DNA of 64,000 nt, taken from NCBI GenBank assembly GCA_963745025.1, contig CAVUWD010000018.1, forward strand, positions 64,858 to 128,857. The letters are read 5' to 3'. Under the pieces are notes generated by a model. It was not told the DNA's origin, made no database searches, and saw nothing but the letters and a program-made list of their open reading frames with translations. Made by a program: the position numbers and the translations under genes. Positions 18,813 through 29,702 of this stretch are shown piece after piece (position 1 is the stretch's first letter; each line of letters begins with the position of its first letter). This DNA comes from an uncultured delta proteobacterium (GTDB taxonomy: Bacteria > Desulfobacterota > Binatia > JACPRU01).

Positions 18813-19538
18813 ATGAGTGAACGACCGATCGCGCTCGTCACCGGCGGCGCCGGCGGTATCGGCGCCGCTTGCTGTCGCGCGCTCGCGCAGGAAGGCATTT
18901 GCGTCGGCGTCGGCTACCGCTCGAGCGCGGATGCCGCACGGAAGCTCTGCGAGGAGATCGACGGCTTCCCCGTCCCGGGAGACATCGCGGTGGTCGAGGA
19001 CGTCGAGCGGATGATCGCGACGATCAAGGAGACGGCGGGCCGGCTCGACGTGCTGGTGAACAACGCGGCGCTCAACGTCAACGGCGCGTTCATGATGATG
19101 GCGCTCGAGGACATCGATCGGGTGCGGGCGGTGACGCGCGGTACGATTCTCCTCACCAAGCTCGCCATCCGCCGCTTCATGTTCCGCCAAAAGAGCGGGC
19201 GGATCATCAACATCTCGAGCGTCGTCGGCCACCAGGGAAACGCGGGCCAGGTTCCCTATACGATGGAGAAGGCCGGTCTCGATGCGATGACTCGCTCGCT
19301 CGCGCTCGAGCTCACGGACCGCGGAATCCTCGTCAATTCGGTGGCGCCGGGCTTCATCGATACCGCCATGACCGCCGAGCTGCCGGCCGAGATCAAGGAG
19401 ACGATCCTCAAGCAGATCCCGCTTGGACGGATGGGCAAGCCCGAGGAGGTCGCGGAGGTCGTGGCGTTCCTCGCCACCAAGGGATCGTACGTGACCGGGA
19501 CCGTGATCCACGTGAACGGCGGGCTCTATCGAAGCTGA
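18813..19538 (+). CDS. fabG: 3-oxoacyl-ACP reductase (SDR)
   Basis: TGGAGGIG, NNAA, NISSVVG, YxxxK, VAPGFIDT; follows fabD. Confidence 0.85.
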   Translation: MSERPIALVTGGAGGIGAACCRALAQEGICVGVGYRSSADAARKLCEEIDGFPVPGDIAVVEDVERMIATIKETAGRLDVLVNNAALNVNGAFMMMALEDIDRVRAVTRGTILLTKLAIRRFMFRQKSGRIINISSVVGHQGNAGQVPYTMEKAGLDAMTRSLALELTDRGILVNSVAPGFIDTAMTAELPAEIKETILKQIPLGRMGKPEEVAEVVAFLATKGSYVTGTVIHVNGGLYRS

Positions 19539-19731
19539 GGCCGCTTCACCGCCGCGTGCCCAATTGGATCAAAAGCCGCCCGCCTTCGGACATCCCGGCA
19601 TTCGACGCCGAGGTCACCGCCCTCTTCGGGGAGCATCGCCGCCACCCGCCAAAGCCCGCCGGCGAAGGCATCGCACCGTGCGTCGGCCGGTAGCCAGCGC
19701 GGGGATCCTCGAAGCTAGGTCGGCCGCAATC

Positions 19732-20019
19732 TCACGCAACGCCCAGCTTGATGCGCTTGGAGTCGCTCTCGTCGTGCTCGTTCGGGCCGCCGGCGCACGC
19801 TTCCGAGATCCAACGGCTGGTGATCGCGTCCTGCAGCGCCGGGAAGCTTCGCCCCTTGCCGACCGCCCATGTTCGACGCGCCGTGGAGTCGAACTTGAAC
19901 CTCCTACCGCAGTTCCGGCACACGAACAGCTGCCCGGGCTGGCCACCGTTCACGAGAACTCCGTCGTCGAAGTCGTGTGTGCGTAGCGGGCTGTAGGATT
20001 TCCACGGATATTTACCCAT
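19732..20019 (-). CDS. Small hypothetical protein with CxxC
   Basis: ATG with RBS-like GGAG; CRNCG motif. Confidence 0.6.
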   Translation of the reverse strand: MGKYPWKSYSPLRTHDFDDGVLVNGGQPGQLFVCRNCGRRFKFDSTARRTWAVGKGRSFPALQDAITSRWISEACAGGPNEHDESDSKRIKLGVA

Positions 20020-20031
20020 CTTCGTTTCTCC

Positions 20032-20322
20032 TCACATCCAGGTCCCGAGCGGCGCGTGATGCATCGGCGTGCTGCAGCGAGGACACGGAACGGCGGTCGA
20101 TAGACCCTCGAGGATCGTCAGAGGGGCGTTGCAGTTGCCGCATCGACGCTCGCTCCGGTCTAGATTTCTCTCGGTGAGATCGACGACGCCGAGCGTCTTG
20201 CACGGGTTGCAGGAAGCCAGCGCGCCCCAAAAACTCTGGCGGCCAGCTTTTCCCCAGCCTACGGAGAGCTGCCCGCTGGTGAATGCGCACGCGGCGCAGC
20301 GATATTCGACTACCGATCCCAT
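20032..20322 (-). CDS. Small double zinc-ribbon protein
   Basis: RBS GGAGG; four CxxC motifs (CAAC, CNPC, CGNC, CPRC). Confidence 0.75.
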   Translation of the reverse strand: MGSVVEYRCAACAFTSGQLSVGWGKAGRQSFWGALASCNPCKTLGVVDLTERNLDRSERRCGNCNAPLTILEGLSTAVPCPRCSTPMHHAPLGTWM

Positions 20323-20373
20323 GATGCCCTCCTAGTGGCGGTCAACGTAGCGGGAGCTCTTCGGTGCCCGCGC

Positions 20374-20577
20374 TCATGAGGGTCGACGACCCGAGCCTGC
20401 GAACCTCGTGCCTCCGAAGCGCGCGACCAGTTGCTCGAGTCTGCGGCGCACGTCGATTGGAGCCTGGCCCGAGGCCAGCCATATGCGCATCTTCCCCACA
20501 TAGTCGTTGCAGGCTCTTGGGTTCTCCGCTCGACGCAGCACACTCTCGATCTTCGTTAGCTCGTTGATCGACACCAT
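20374..20577 (-). CDS. Small hypothetical protein
   Basis: MVSINELTKIESVLRR..; purine-rich upstream; same strand as neighbours. Confidence 0.4.
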   Translation of the reverse strand: MVSINELTKIESVLRRAENPRACNDYVGKMRIWLASGQAPIDVRRRLEQLVARFGGTRFAGSGRRPS

Positions 20578-20918
20578 CCGCGTTTTCCTTCCCGACCGTG
20601 ACGAGATCGCATTCTGCGTCGATCTGCCGTCGAACAGCCGCAAGCGCGTAGAAACAAATCCACTCCCTATCGGGCGGGCGCTCCGTCCGATATTCAGGTT
20701 GGTTTCTTCCAGCAACGGCACCTGTGACCGTTACCGAGACTTCCTGAGAGTGGGGTGCGGGAGTGCGGGTTCCGTCGAGTCTGAATTCTCGCGCCGGACA
20801 GTCAGGTATAGTATGTCAACGTACCACCGATCGGGCGTAGGTGCAATTGGACGGCGCGGTCCATAACTCCGCCTTTAGGGCCAGTACGCCGAGCCCGGAG
20901 GAGTCGGCTGCTCTCTAG

Positions 20919-21287
20919 CTATGCGGCTCGCTTCCGGCTCCTAGCGGCTTCGCGGAACTCAACCCTGATCTCCGCCCCGAGTGCGACCGCCGCGCGCACC
21001 AGGGTCCGCAGCTCGATGTTCCGCGGCGTCGTCGACTCGAGCTGCGCGATGAGCGGCTGGCTCACGCCCATGAGATTCGCGAGCTGCTTCTGAGTGATCC
21101 CGCGCTTCTCGCGAAGACGGATCAGGTCGTTCCGGATGAGGATCCTCGCCAGCATCTCGTCGACTCGTCGTCGGGCCGCAGCATTGTCCTTGGTGGCGAG
21201 CGCGTCGAGCCGCTGGATCACGTCGCCGGCGGTCCGAGCCTTCGTTCGGGAAGATCGCTTCTTGTTCGTCATGGTGTTTCCTCTCAC
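20919..21287 (-). CDS. XRE HTH antitoxin (HigA-like)
   Basis: LIRLREKRGITQKQLANLMGVSQPLIAQLES; directly downstream of a RelE-like gene. Confidence 0.88.
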   Translation of the reverse strand: MRGNTMTNKKRSSRTKARTAGDVIQRLDALATKDNAAARRRVDEMLARILIRNDLIRLREKRGITQKQLANLMGVSQPLIAQLESTTPRNIELRTLVRAAVALGAEIRVEFREAARSRKRAA

Positions 21288-21652
21288 TCGACGCTGTCCA
21301 TGCGGCGTCGCACTCGTTTCAGCACATCGGCCGGGATGTCCATCCGCTTTTTCATGATGCCCTCGAGGAGCACGATCCGACGACCTCGGAAGCAGTAGAA
21401 AATTCGTATCTGCGCCCCACGAAGCTCGTAGAGGCCTCCGCCGAGGTTCTTCGCGTTCGGCATCCCCAGGTCCGCGCCGCGCTCACCCAGCGCCCTCACC
21501 AGCACCGCCGCTTCCTCCCGGTCGCGTTGGGCGAGCTCCGCAGCAAACGTCGTGATCGCGAGGTCGCCACGGGCGCTCTGAAATTCCTCAACCGTCCAGG
21601 ATTCGCGCTCCTTCTCCGCCGCCTTCTTCTTGTCCCGGCGTCCCTTCGCCAC
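21284..21652 (-). CDS. RelE/ParE (Gp49-like) toxin
   Basis: GMPNAKNLGGGLYELR..IRIFYCF..IVLLEGIMKK. Confidence 0.88.
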   Translation of the reverse strand: MAKGRRDKKKAAEKERESWTVEEFQSARGDLAITTFAAELAQRDREEAAVLVRALGERGADLGMPNAKNLGGGLYELRGAQIRIFYCFRGRRIVLLEGIMKKRMDIPADVLKRVRRRMDSVE

Positions 21653-21659
21653 TCCCGGA

Positions 21660-21704
21660 AGAATAAGTCTAGGCTAATGCAGAAGTCAATACGATAGACC
21701 TTAT
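21660..21704 (-). promoter_or_regulatory. Sigma70-type promoter with flanking inverted repeat (probable TA operator)
   Basis: TTGACT-18nt-TATTCT ends 7 nt before the GTG start; ATAAGGTCTA/TAGACTTAT inverted repeat. Confidence 0.55.
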
Positions 21705-22056
21705 ACCGTTCAGCTTCCCCTATGAACGTCGAGGGCGAGGCGGCTTGGGAATCACCCGGCCGGCCGTCGATTCCGCCCGCACCTACTTCCGGCGAGGCTG
21801 CGTATGTCTTGGCAGAAGAGACCCAGCGCCAGTCCGACCTCGATGAGCCGCTCGGAAGGTCTGCTTTGGGGAACACTTGAAAAGAGGGCGTCTCGTAAGG
21901 AGGCGGAGAGGTAGCAGCGGACGATTGGTTTGCGATGTCGGCTCGTTCGACGCGGTCCGGGCAACGCCTTGGCACCGTTCGCCGTTTGATCGGCGATCGG
22001 CGTCTCCTATACGCTCCGGCCACAGCCCTTGGCCAAGGGTACGGGAGAGATGAACA

Positions 22057-22377
22057 ATGCCGATACGGAGCGCCGCCGTCGGTACGAGCATCGAGCCGGC
22101 GCGACTAGAAGTAAGCACGCGCCTCACTCAGGCGTACGCAGCTGGGCTCGCCGACTGTAGCCCGCGCTATCTCGACGACGCCGGAGAGCTCGGCGTGATC
22201 GCGCCTCCGCCCTTCTGCGTCTCGGTCGAGTGGCCGGTGTTCCTGGCACTGAGCGAGATGGAGGTGCTCGGCGCCAACCGCGAGGATCGCCTGCGCGGCG
22301 TGCACGCGCTGCAGGATTCGACGTTCCGGCGCCCGATCCGTCCGGGCGATGTTCTCGTCACCACGGCGAAAATCGTC
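22057..22377 (+). pseudogene. N-terminal fragment of a MaoC-like (hot-dog) dehydratase
   Basis: AYAAGL..YLDD..APPPFCV..GVHALQD..RPIRPGDVL, then an abrupt break. Confidence 0.7.
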
Positions 22378-22812
22378 GTAGACGTGCGGCGCCTGCGCCC
22401 CGGAATTGAATATGATCTCGTTGTCCCACGTATCCCGGATTGTCAGATGGGCGATCGTGGTGTTTCGCGAGTTCGACCAGATGCCGAACGGCACGCTCGC
22501 ACTGGACGTATCCATTCCCTTTCCCGCCAGAACGACGCCGGTGCATCCCGAGGTGCCGCGGATCGTGACGTTGTCCTTCCCGTTGATGTAGAGCGAGCTC
22601 GCGAGGTTGTACGTGCCGTCGGCGATCAGGACCGTATCTCCGGGTTGAAGATTGTTCATCGCGGCTTGCAGAGCCGGCTCAGTCGCGACGTTGACGACAC
22701 GAGTGCCTGCTAGAGGTAGCGCCGGCGCGTTACACGCGGTCTGGGCAAAACCGACTCCAAGAGGCTGAAGACTCGCGATCGACGTCACGAACAGCGCGGC
22801 CGCATACTTCAT
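22378..22812 (-). pseudogene. N-terminal fragment of a secreted right-handed beta-helix protein
   Basis: Signal peptide, LQAAMNNLQPGDTVLIADGTY, NVTIRG, TIAHLTIRD; truncated at ~22378. Confidence 0.7.
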
Positions 22813-22969
22813 CCAGAGTATGGTACGTTACCGCGTCGCTGTTTCACCAGCGGTACGGGGAGAGCCGGAAGGAATTGAGGAAGATCGCGCCATGCGTGGA
22901 CGGCCCGGGTGAGCTCCGCCATCTTCCGTTGATGATCGACCGCGGCCTTGGCTCCGGCGGTCTTGGTGA

Positions 22970-24193
<1,224 letters not shown>

Positions 24194-24303
24194 GTAATTC
24201 TGCTCGCCGACCTGCTCGGTCAGCTGCGACAGGAGCCAAAAAGACCGAACCAGATCCAAGGAAATGGCAGTGCCGGTATCCGAGATCCAACTTCGGGCGC
24301 TAG

Positions 24304-24500
24304 GAGCCTGTCGGAGAAAAATCCACGGGGCGTGGATAGGTCAAGGGTGTGAAGAGTGGTAGAAGGGGCGCCGAGCGGAGGTGGGGAGGATGGAGAGGAC
24401 GTACCGCCCGTACGAAGTGAACCAGCGGCTCTTGTTGCCGCCGGACCTGCGGGAGTGGGTGCCCGAAGGGCACTTGGCTCTGTTCATCCTGAACATCCTG
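24304..24500 (+). mobile_element. IS1182-family left end and transposase N-terminal remnant
   Basis: MERTYRPYEVNQRLLLPPDLREWVPEGHLALFI; end GAGCCTGTCGGA follows CTAG (24300-24303). Confidence 0.75.
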
Positions 24501-24583
24501 GCGACCTCGAGTAGGTTGGCCCGGATCCCGATATCCCTGCCAGCGCAGGCGTGCCCGGCCCGCCCTCGGCCCAGTTCGCCAGC

Positions 24584-25930
24584 ATGAGCGAGCGACGGCG
24601 CCGGCTCGTGGACGTCACCCTACCCCCGTGGCGCAAGGTCGCGGCCGGGCTTTGGAACCTCCTCCCGCTGCCCTTCGAGCGGATGGCCGTGCGGATCGAG
24701 GACGCGGATAGTGCCCAGACACCCACGGAGGATCCGGCCCTCAACAAGATCTGTGATCGCAGCGACTGGGACCATCCCGCCTGGCGTCAGGCGTTGAAGG
24801 ACCTCGGCTACGTCCCCGATCCGGCTCGTCTCCATCGGAAGGAGTGGGAGTTCGCTCACGCGGTGTACGGTCTGCGGAGGCTTCGGTGTCTCTCCCCGGA
24901 CGCCACCGCCCTCGGCCTCGGCGCGGGGACCGAGCCGATCATCTTCTTCCTGGCCGGCCGCCTGCGGCACGTGGTGGCCACCGACGTCTACGCCGGGGCC
25001 TTCAGCGGGCAAGAAGCCGATCCGCGTATGCTCCGGGATCCGGAGGCGTTCGCGCTTGTCTCCTACCATCGTGATCGGCTCGAGGTGCGCCGGATGGACG
25101 CGACGGCGATCGACTATCCACCGGAGTCGTTCGACTTGGTTTTCTCGTTCTCCTCGTTCGAGCACTTCGGCTCTAGGCGGGCGCAACGGGCGTGCCTGGC
25201 CGCGATCCACCGGGTCCTCCGCCCCGGAGGCGTGGCCGTGCTGACGACCGAGGTGATCCTTAATGTCTGGGGGCGCCACGGCGACTACTTCCACCGAGCA
25301 GAGCTACTCGACGACCTCATTCCGCGTGCCGGCTTCCGCCTCGCCGACGGCGACTTTCGCTTCGCCACCAGCCGGGCGACCTTCGAAGGTCTGGTCCAGC
25401 TGCCGAGCGAGATCGAACGGCGGCCCCACCTGGTCCTGCGCCGCTGGCGCACCTACTTCACGTCGGCCGCCTTTTTCCTGGAGAAACCCGTCTCCCCGGG
25501 AACCCCGAAGACGCGCTGCGCGGCGCGCGGCGAGGAGGTCGCGGTCGGCCTGCCACCCCTCCTGTGTGCGCGGCTCACGCCGACAACGACGCAGACGTCC
25601 GTCTCTCGCTCGGCCCGGTACACGCTGACGTGCCGCGTCGAAAATACTGGGCACGCGACGTGGCCGCAGTCGTCGCCGGATGGCTTCGGGATGGTTCGCC
25701 TGGGCGCCCACCTCGTCACCCCCGAGGGCGCGTCCTTCATCCAGGACTATGGCCGGGCCGATCTTCCTCGGGATCTCGCGCCGGGTGCCTCGGCGGTCAT
25801 CACCATCGAGCTCCGTTCGCCAGGCGAGCCCGGGCACTACCAGGTGGAGCTGGACATGGTCCGGGAGAGAGTCGCCTGGTTCTCGAGCCGCGAGCCATCG
25901 AGCGCCACGGTGTCGCTGACGGTGACGTGA
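24584..25930 (+). CDS. Class I SAM methyltransferase with C-terminal Ig-like domain
   Basis: HRKEWEF, LGLGAGTE, FSFSSFEHFG, RVLRPGG; C-terminal VENTG..W..VRLGAHL..PGHYQVELDMVRE..WF. Confidence 0.85.
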   Translation: MSERRRRLVDVTLPPWRKVAAGLWNLLPLPFERMAVRIEDADSAQTPTEDPALNKICDRSDWDHPAWRQALKDLGYVPDPARLHRKEWEFAHAVYGLRRLRCLSPDATALGLGAGTEPIIFFLAGRLRHVVATDVYAGAFSGQEADPRMLRDPEAFALVSYHRDRLEVRRMDATAIDYPPESFDLVFSFSSFEHFGSRRAQRACLAAIHRVLRPGGVAVLTTEVILNVWGRHGDYFHRAELLDDLIPRAGFRLADGDFRFATSRATFEGLVQLPSEIERRPHLVLRRWRTYFTSAAFFLEKPVSPGTPKTRCAARGEEVAVGLPPLLCARLTPTTTQTSVSRSARYTLTCRVENTGHATWPQSSPDGFGMVRLGAHLVTPEGASFIQDYGRADLPRDLAPGASAVITIELRSPGEPGHYQVELDMVRERVAWFSSREPSSATVSLTVT

Positions 25931-26099
25931 CCCCGTCGGTCGCCTGCTAGCGCTCGGCTGGGTGTGCGGCCCTTACGCCAGGCTGACATGGTGCAAGATC
26001 CGGACTACCCATGGACCTCACCGGGGCTGCCCTGAGCTTTGACCGTGTCGCGCATCGGGCAGCCGACGCGTCCCAACGGCGGGGCTGTTGCGGTGCCGG

Positions 26100-26292
26100 T
26101 CGCGGGCACGCTATTGTCCACCTCCGCCTGGCACCCGCCGGTCACCGTGTGAATGTGAACGATCCCTCGCGTCTGCCTCATCTCCGGACGCCATCGATGA
26201 GAACGTCCGCCGATCACTCATTTCCACACCTCCTCACACCTCGATCGACCGATCGTTCTCTACCAGAATCGATCAAGTTGTGCAGAGGTTCA
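26100..26292 (-). mobile_element. Internally deleted IS5-family remnant
   Basis: CTAG then end TGAACCTCTGCACAAC; GGAGG-ATG MSDRRTFSSMA (IS5-like start); out-of-frame TRGIVHIHTVT resembles an internal IS5 motif. Confidence 0.5.
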
Positions 26293-26363
26293 CTAGAGTG
26301 ACGTTCTCCGTCTCGCAAGGGGTGACCAGCCGCGCGTCAGGTCCGTCGTTCGCCGCCTTCACA

Positions 26364-27134
26364 ATGATAGCGGCCCTCGTGCGCCACCGCTCGCTCGTGC
26401 TTGCGCTGCTTGAGCGTGAGCTGAAGGTTCGCTACCGCGGGTCGATACTCGGCTTCGTATGGACCTTCCTGAACCCTTTGTTGTTGATGGCGGTCTACGC
26501 CCTGGTGTTTCGCTACTACATGCGGATCGCGGTGCCGAATTACGCGCTCTTCTTGCTTGCCGGCTTGCTGCCGTGGACGTGGTTCGCGTCTTCGCTCGCC
26601 GGTGGCACCAACGCCATCGTCGGCGGCAGCTCCCTCGTCACCAAATCGATGTTTCCCAGTGAGATCCTGCCCGCCGTGGTCGTGTTCTCCAACATGGTGA
26701 ACTTCGCCCTGAGCATCCCGCTTCTAGCCCTCGTTGGCTGGGCCTACGGCGTCTCGTTCAGCCCGGTCGCCTGGCTGTGGCTATTGCCGGTGATGGTACT
26801 CCAATGTGTGTTCACGCTCGGCCTCGTGCTGTCACTCGCCGCCCTGAACGTGCTCTATCGGGATGTGCAGCACGTGGTGACAAATGTGCTCCTGTTGTGG
26901 TTTTTCCTGACTCCGATCGTCTACCCTGCCTCGCAAGTTCCGGAGCGGCTGCATCCGCTCCTCTGGATGAACCCTGTGGCGCTGTGCACCGAAATCTACC
27001 GGGACATTTTCGTCACCCCGGCATGGCCGGACCTCAGAGCCATCGGCTTGATGACGATCTACGCGCTCGCCTCGATCCTCGTGGGGGCGAAGATCTTCGA
27101 TGGCTACCGCGACACCTTTCCCGAACTCGTCTGA
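26364..27134 (+). CDS. wzm: ABC-2 polysaccharide exporter permease
   Basis: RELKVRYRGSILGFVWTFLNPLL, YRDVQH, FFLTPIVYP, NPVA. Confidence 0.92.
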   Translation: MIAALVRHRSLVLALLERELKVRYRGSILGFVWTFLNPLLLMAVYALVFRYYMRIAVPNYALFLLAGLLPWTWFASSLAGGTNAIVGGSSLVTKSMFPSEILPAVVVFSNMVNFALSIPLLALVGWAYGVSFSPVAWLWLLPVMVLQCVFTLGLVLSLAALNVLYRDVQHVVTNVLLLWFFLTPIVYPASQVPERLHPLLWMNPVALCTEIYRDIFVTPAWPDLRAIGLMTIYALASILVGAKIFDGYRDTFPELV

Positions 27135-27375
27135 CGCCGGTTGCCCAGACTCTGGAGCTCTCCGGGCGGACCATCACGGCGCCGGCGACGAGCACGCGAG
27201 CAGCCAGGACGGCCAACCTGGTGCTCTGCAGGCGCACGAAGTGGCGACGCCGCGAGACCTCCCGGCGGGGAACGTGGACGATCAAGCGCAGGGCTCTCTA
27301 TGGCACGAAGCGCTATCTCGGTGACTCAGCCTCACCGATCAGGACTGCTGAGGGGCGGTCCAAGGGGAGTGGCTC

Positions 27376-28200
27376 TCACGGTTCTTGTTTCGTCCGAGGC
27401 GCTCCAGCATGCGCGGGTGCGCGAGACTCTCGAGGCGGCGAGTATCGTGGATCGGCGCAGAGATCTGGCTGCGCGACGTAGGGATTGAATCGCACGCGCT
27501 CGGGATCCCAGAATCCCTTCCGGGCGTCGAAGTCCTGGAGGAACTGACCTGTCCACCAAGCGTAAGAAGAAACGTAGACCGTTGGCCCGGGGTGGAGGCT
27601 GTAATCGTCGGAGGAACTCTCGTAGTACTTTCCGCCCGCCATCGTTGTCGTATCTGATCGTTCTGCTTCGTTCGGGCCCGTCTTCAGAAGGCCACCCGCG
27701 GCGTTCCTTCGCCAGTATGTTGTGCACGCCCAGTTGAGGCGATTGAGGACCTTGCAGTTCTCAAGCGTCCGCCATTCCCTGGGATGTGGGGCGATCCAAC
27801 CGTGGTCAAACGTGATCCAGACTTGCTGCCGCTTCACATCGGCGAAAAAGGTTTCGGGGTCGAGCGGTACGCCGAGCTTCCCGCAGCATTGGCCGTTGAG
27901 TGATCGCCCGTCACATAGGACAAGATACACGCGTACCTGATTGATCAGCGGACCAACGACGCTGTTGAAGAGCAGGTCTTCGAACATTTCCCATGCGGCG
28001 GTCGATAAAGGTACGAGAATCGGCAACGCCACAAGCGCGGCCCATGCGAGGCGCCTTCGCTTCTTCCATAGCGTCGCAAAGGCAACGATCGCGGCGACAA
28101 GGACTAGGAAGAAGGCCAAGAGATGCCGAACAACGCCGATGACGCCGATCCAGAACAGCCCAGAAGCCAGTGTGAGCAAGTCTCTCAACGTCTCAGTCAT
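27376..28200 (-). CDS. Hypothetical membrane-anchored protein
   Basis: N-terminal TM segments and a Cys/Trp-rich soluble domain. Confidence 0.55.
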   Translation of the reverse strand: MTETLRDLLTLASGLFWIGVIGVVRHLLAFFLVLVAAIVAFATLWKKRRRLAWAALVALPILVPLSTAAWEMFEDLLFNSVVGPLINQVRVYLVLCDGRSLNGQCCGKLGVPLDPETFFADVKRQQVWITFDHGWIAPHPREWRTLENCKVLNRLNWACTTYWRRNAAGGLLKTGPNEAERSDTTTMAGGKYYESSSDDYSLHPGPTVYVSSYAWWTGQFLQDFDARKGFWDPERVRFNPYVAQPDLCADPRYSPPRESRAPAHAGAPRTKQEP

Positions 28201-28512
28201 CCACGGTGACCCGCTCAATCGAAGGCATGGACAAAGCCGGACTCGTCAAGGAAGACTTATTAATAGGTGACTTTTGCCCGCATGGGTCAGGGCGTGGCTG
28301 TGACCTCCGGCTAACACCTCCATGCCGAAACGGGCAGATCCCCGCAAGCCTTGCGGGCAGAAGGGCTCGCGAGCATCCCCCGCCGGTTTAGTGGCGAGAA
28401 GATAGCTGCGAGCAACCTGCGACGCGACTGGAGAGTCCCGCGAGCGAAGCTACGCGGGGGTCTTGAGAGTTCTTGCGCTTGGGATAGGAGCGGTGGATCG
28501 GGAGTCGAATGA

Positions 28513-29646
28513 ATGTTCACGCCTCTGCGGAAATGGCTTACGAACATTGCCCTCATCGCCGTCTCGTTGCTCCTCGTTTTGGTCCTAGTCGAGTTCTGTG
28601 TTCGACGCGCACGTACCCTCGAAAGTCTGTTCGATCCGCTCAGATATGAGCCCGAAGCCGCTTCGATGGGCTGGAAGCGCTGCTTCGTGCGTGACTATGC
28701 AAAACTCAAAAGGAAGGGGCGTATTGGAGACGACCTCGGCGGATATGTCTACGACCCCGACCTTGGATGGGACACTCCGCAGCATGTCCACGGACTTCAT
28801 GAATACCATGTCGATAAGCCGTCCGGCGTGTTTCGGGTGGTCGTGACTGGCGACTCCTACACGTACGGCGCCGAAGTCCGCGACGACGAGACCTACCCGT
28901 GTCGTCTTGAAACGCTTGTGCGAAACGGAGAGGTCGTGAATCTGGGCGTCCGCGCGTATGGCATAGATCAGGCGGTCCTCAAGTACTTAAAGTATGGCCG
29001 CGCCTACAGCCCGGATTTGCTGATTGTCGCGATCTGGGGACCCGACTATTTGCGAGTACCCCTTACATTCTATCGCTTCGCCAAACCCGCTTACGTCATC
29101 GATCCCAAAACACACGCGCTTACCCTGACCAACATACCGATCCCTCCACCGGAAGAAACCTACCGGAAGCTAAAGGGCGAGCTCGGACCATTTTCCTATG
29201 CGTATGCCCTGCTACGAGAAGCATATCGGCTGAAGTTCGGTGAAGACCGTGGCCTCGAGACTTACTACGAAAAGTGGGATCCAGTCATCGAAGCAATCCT
29301 TGATCACCTGGTCGATGTAGCCAAACAGGATGGTACGCCGGTTCTCTTTGTTCTGATTGAGAGCGGCGAGGAGTTCCGAAGCGACGAAGCGATCGCCAAC
29401 AAATGCTGCGAGCGCGAACACCTGCTGAAAATCTTCCAGCGCCTGCCAGTCGCCGCGATCGATTTAGGAGACGCGCTTCTGAAGCGCTATCCTCGAAATG
29501 TCGTGTACAAAGACATGTATATCTATCATGACGGCATCCCGAAGGGGCACTTTACACCGTTCGGCAACGAAGCCGTCGCACGGGTGATCGGCGACTATAT
29601 CCATCAAGAGTTCGGGGTCGAGATTGCCGGCGCACCTCCAACTTGA
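28513..29646 (+). CDS. SGNH/GDSL hydrolase family protein
   Basis: N-terminal anchor, VVTGDSYTYG, VNLGVRAYGIDQ, GHFTPFGN. Confidence 0.88.
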   Translation: MFTPLRKWLTNIALIAVSLLLVLVLVEFCVRRARTLESLFDPLRYEPEAASMGWKRCFVRDYAKLKRKGRIGDDLGGYVYDPDLGWDTPQHVHGLHEYHVDKPSGVFRVVVTGDSYTYGAEVRDDETYPCRLETLVRNGEVVNLGVRAYGIDQAVLKYLKYGRAYSPDLLIVAIWGPDYLRVPLTFYRFAKPAYVIDPKTHALTLTNIPIPPPEETYRKLKGELGPFSYAYALLREAYRLKFGEDRGLETYYEKWDPVIEAILDHLVDVAKQDGTPVLFVLIESGEEFRSDEAIANKCCEREHLLKIFQRLPVAAIDLGDALLKRYPRNVVYKDMYIYHDGIPKGHFTPFGNEAVARVIGDYIHQEFGVEIAGAPPT

Positions 29647-29702
29647 TTTTGTTGCTCGTCGGTCTCGCATTGGCCTTCACCTGAAGGGAGTCACGCCGTC
29701 GC

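Noticed and set aside
28305-28395. Possible integron attC (GGCTAAC...GTTTAG)
   Set aside because: Core sites and internal symmetry do not match well; no IntI or cassette array
28490-28510. GGGAGTCGAA resembling a second att copy
   Set aside because: Only ~10 nt shared with 34201-34224; no acceptor stem or CCA
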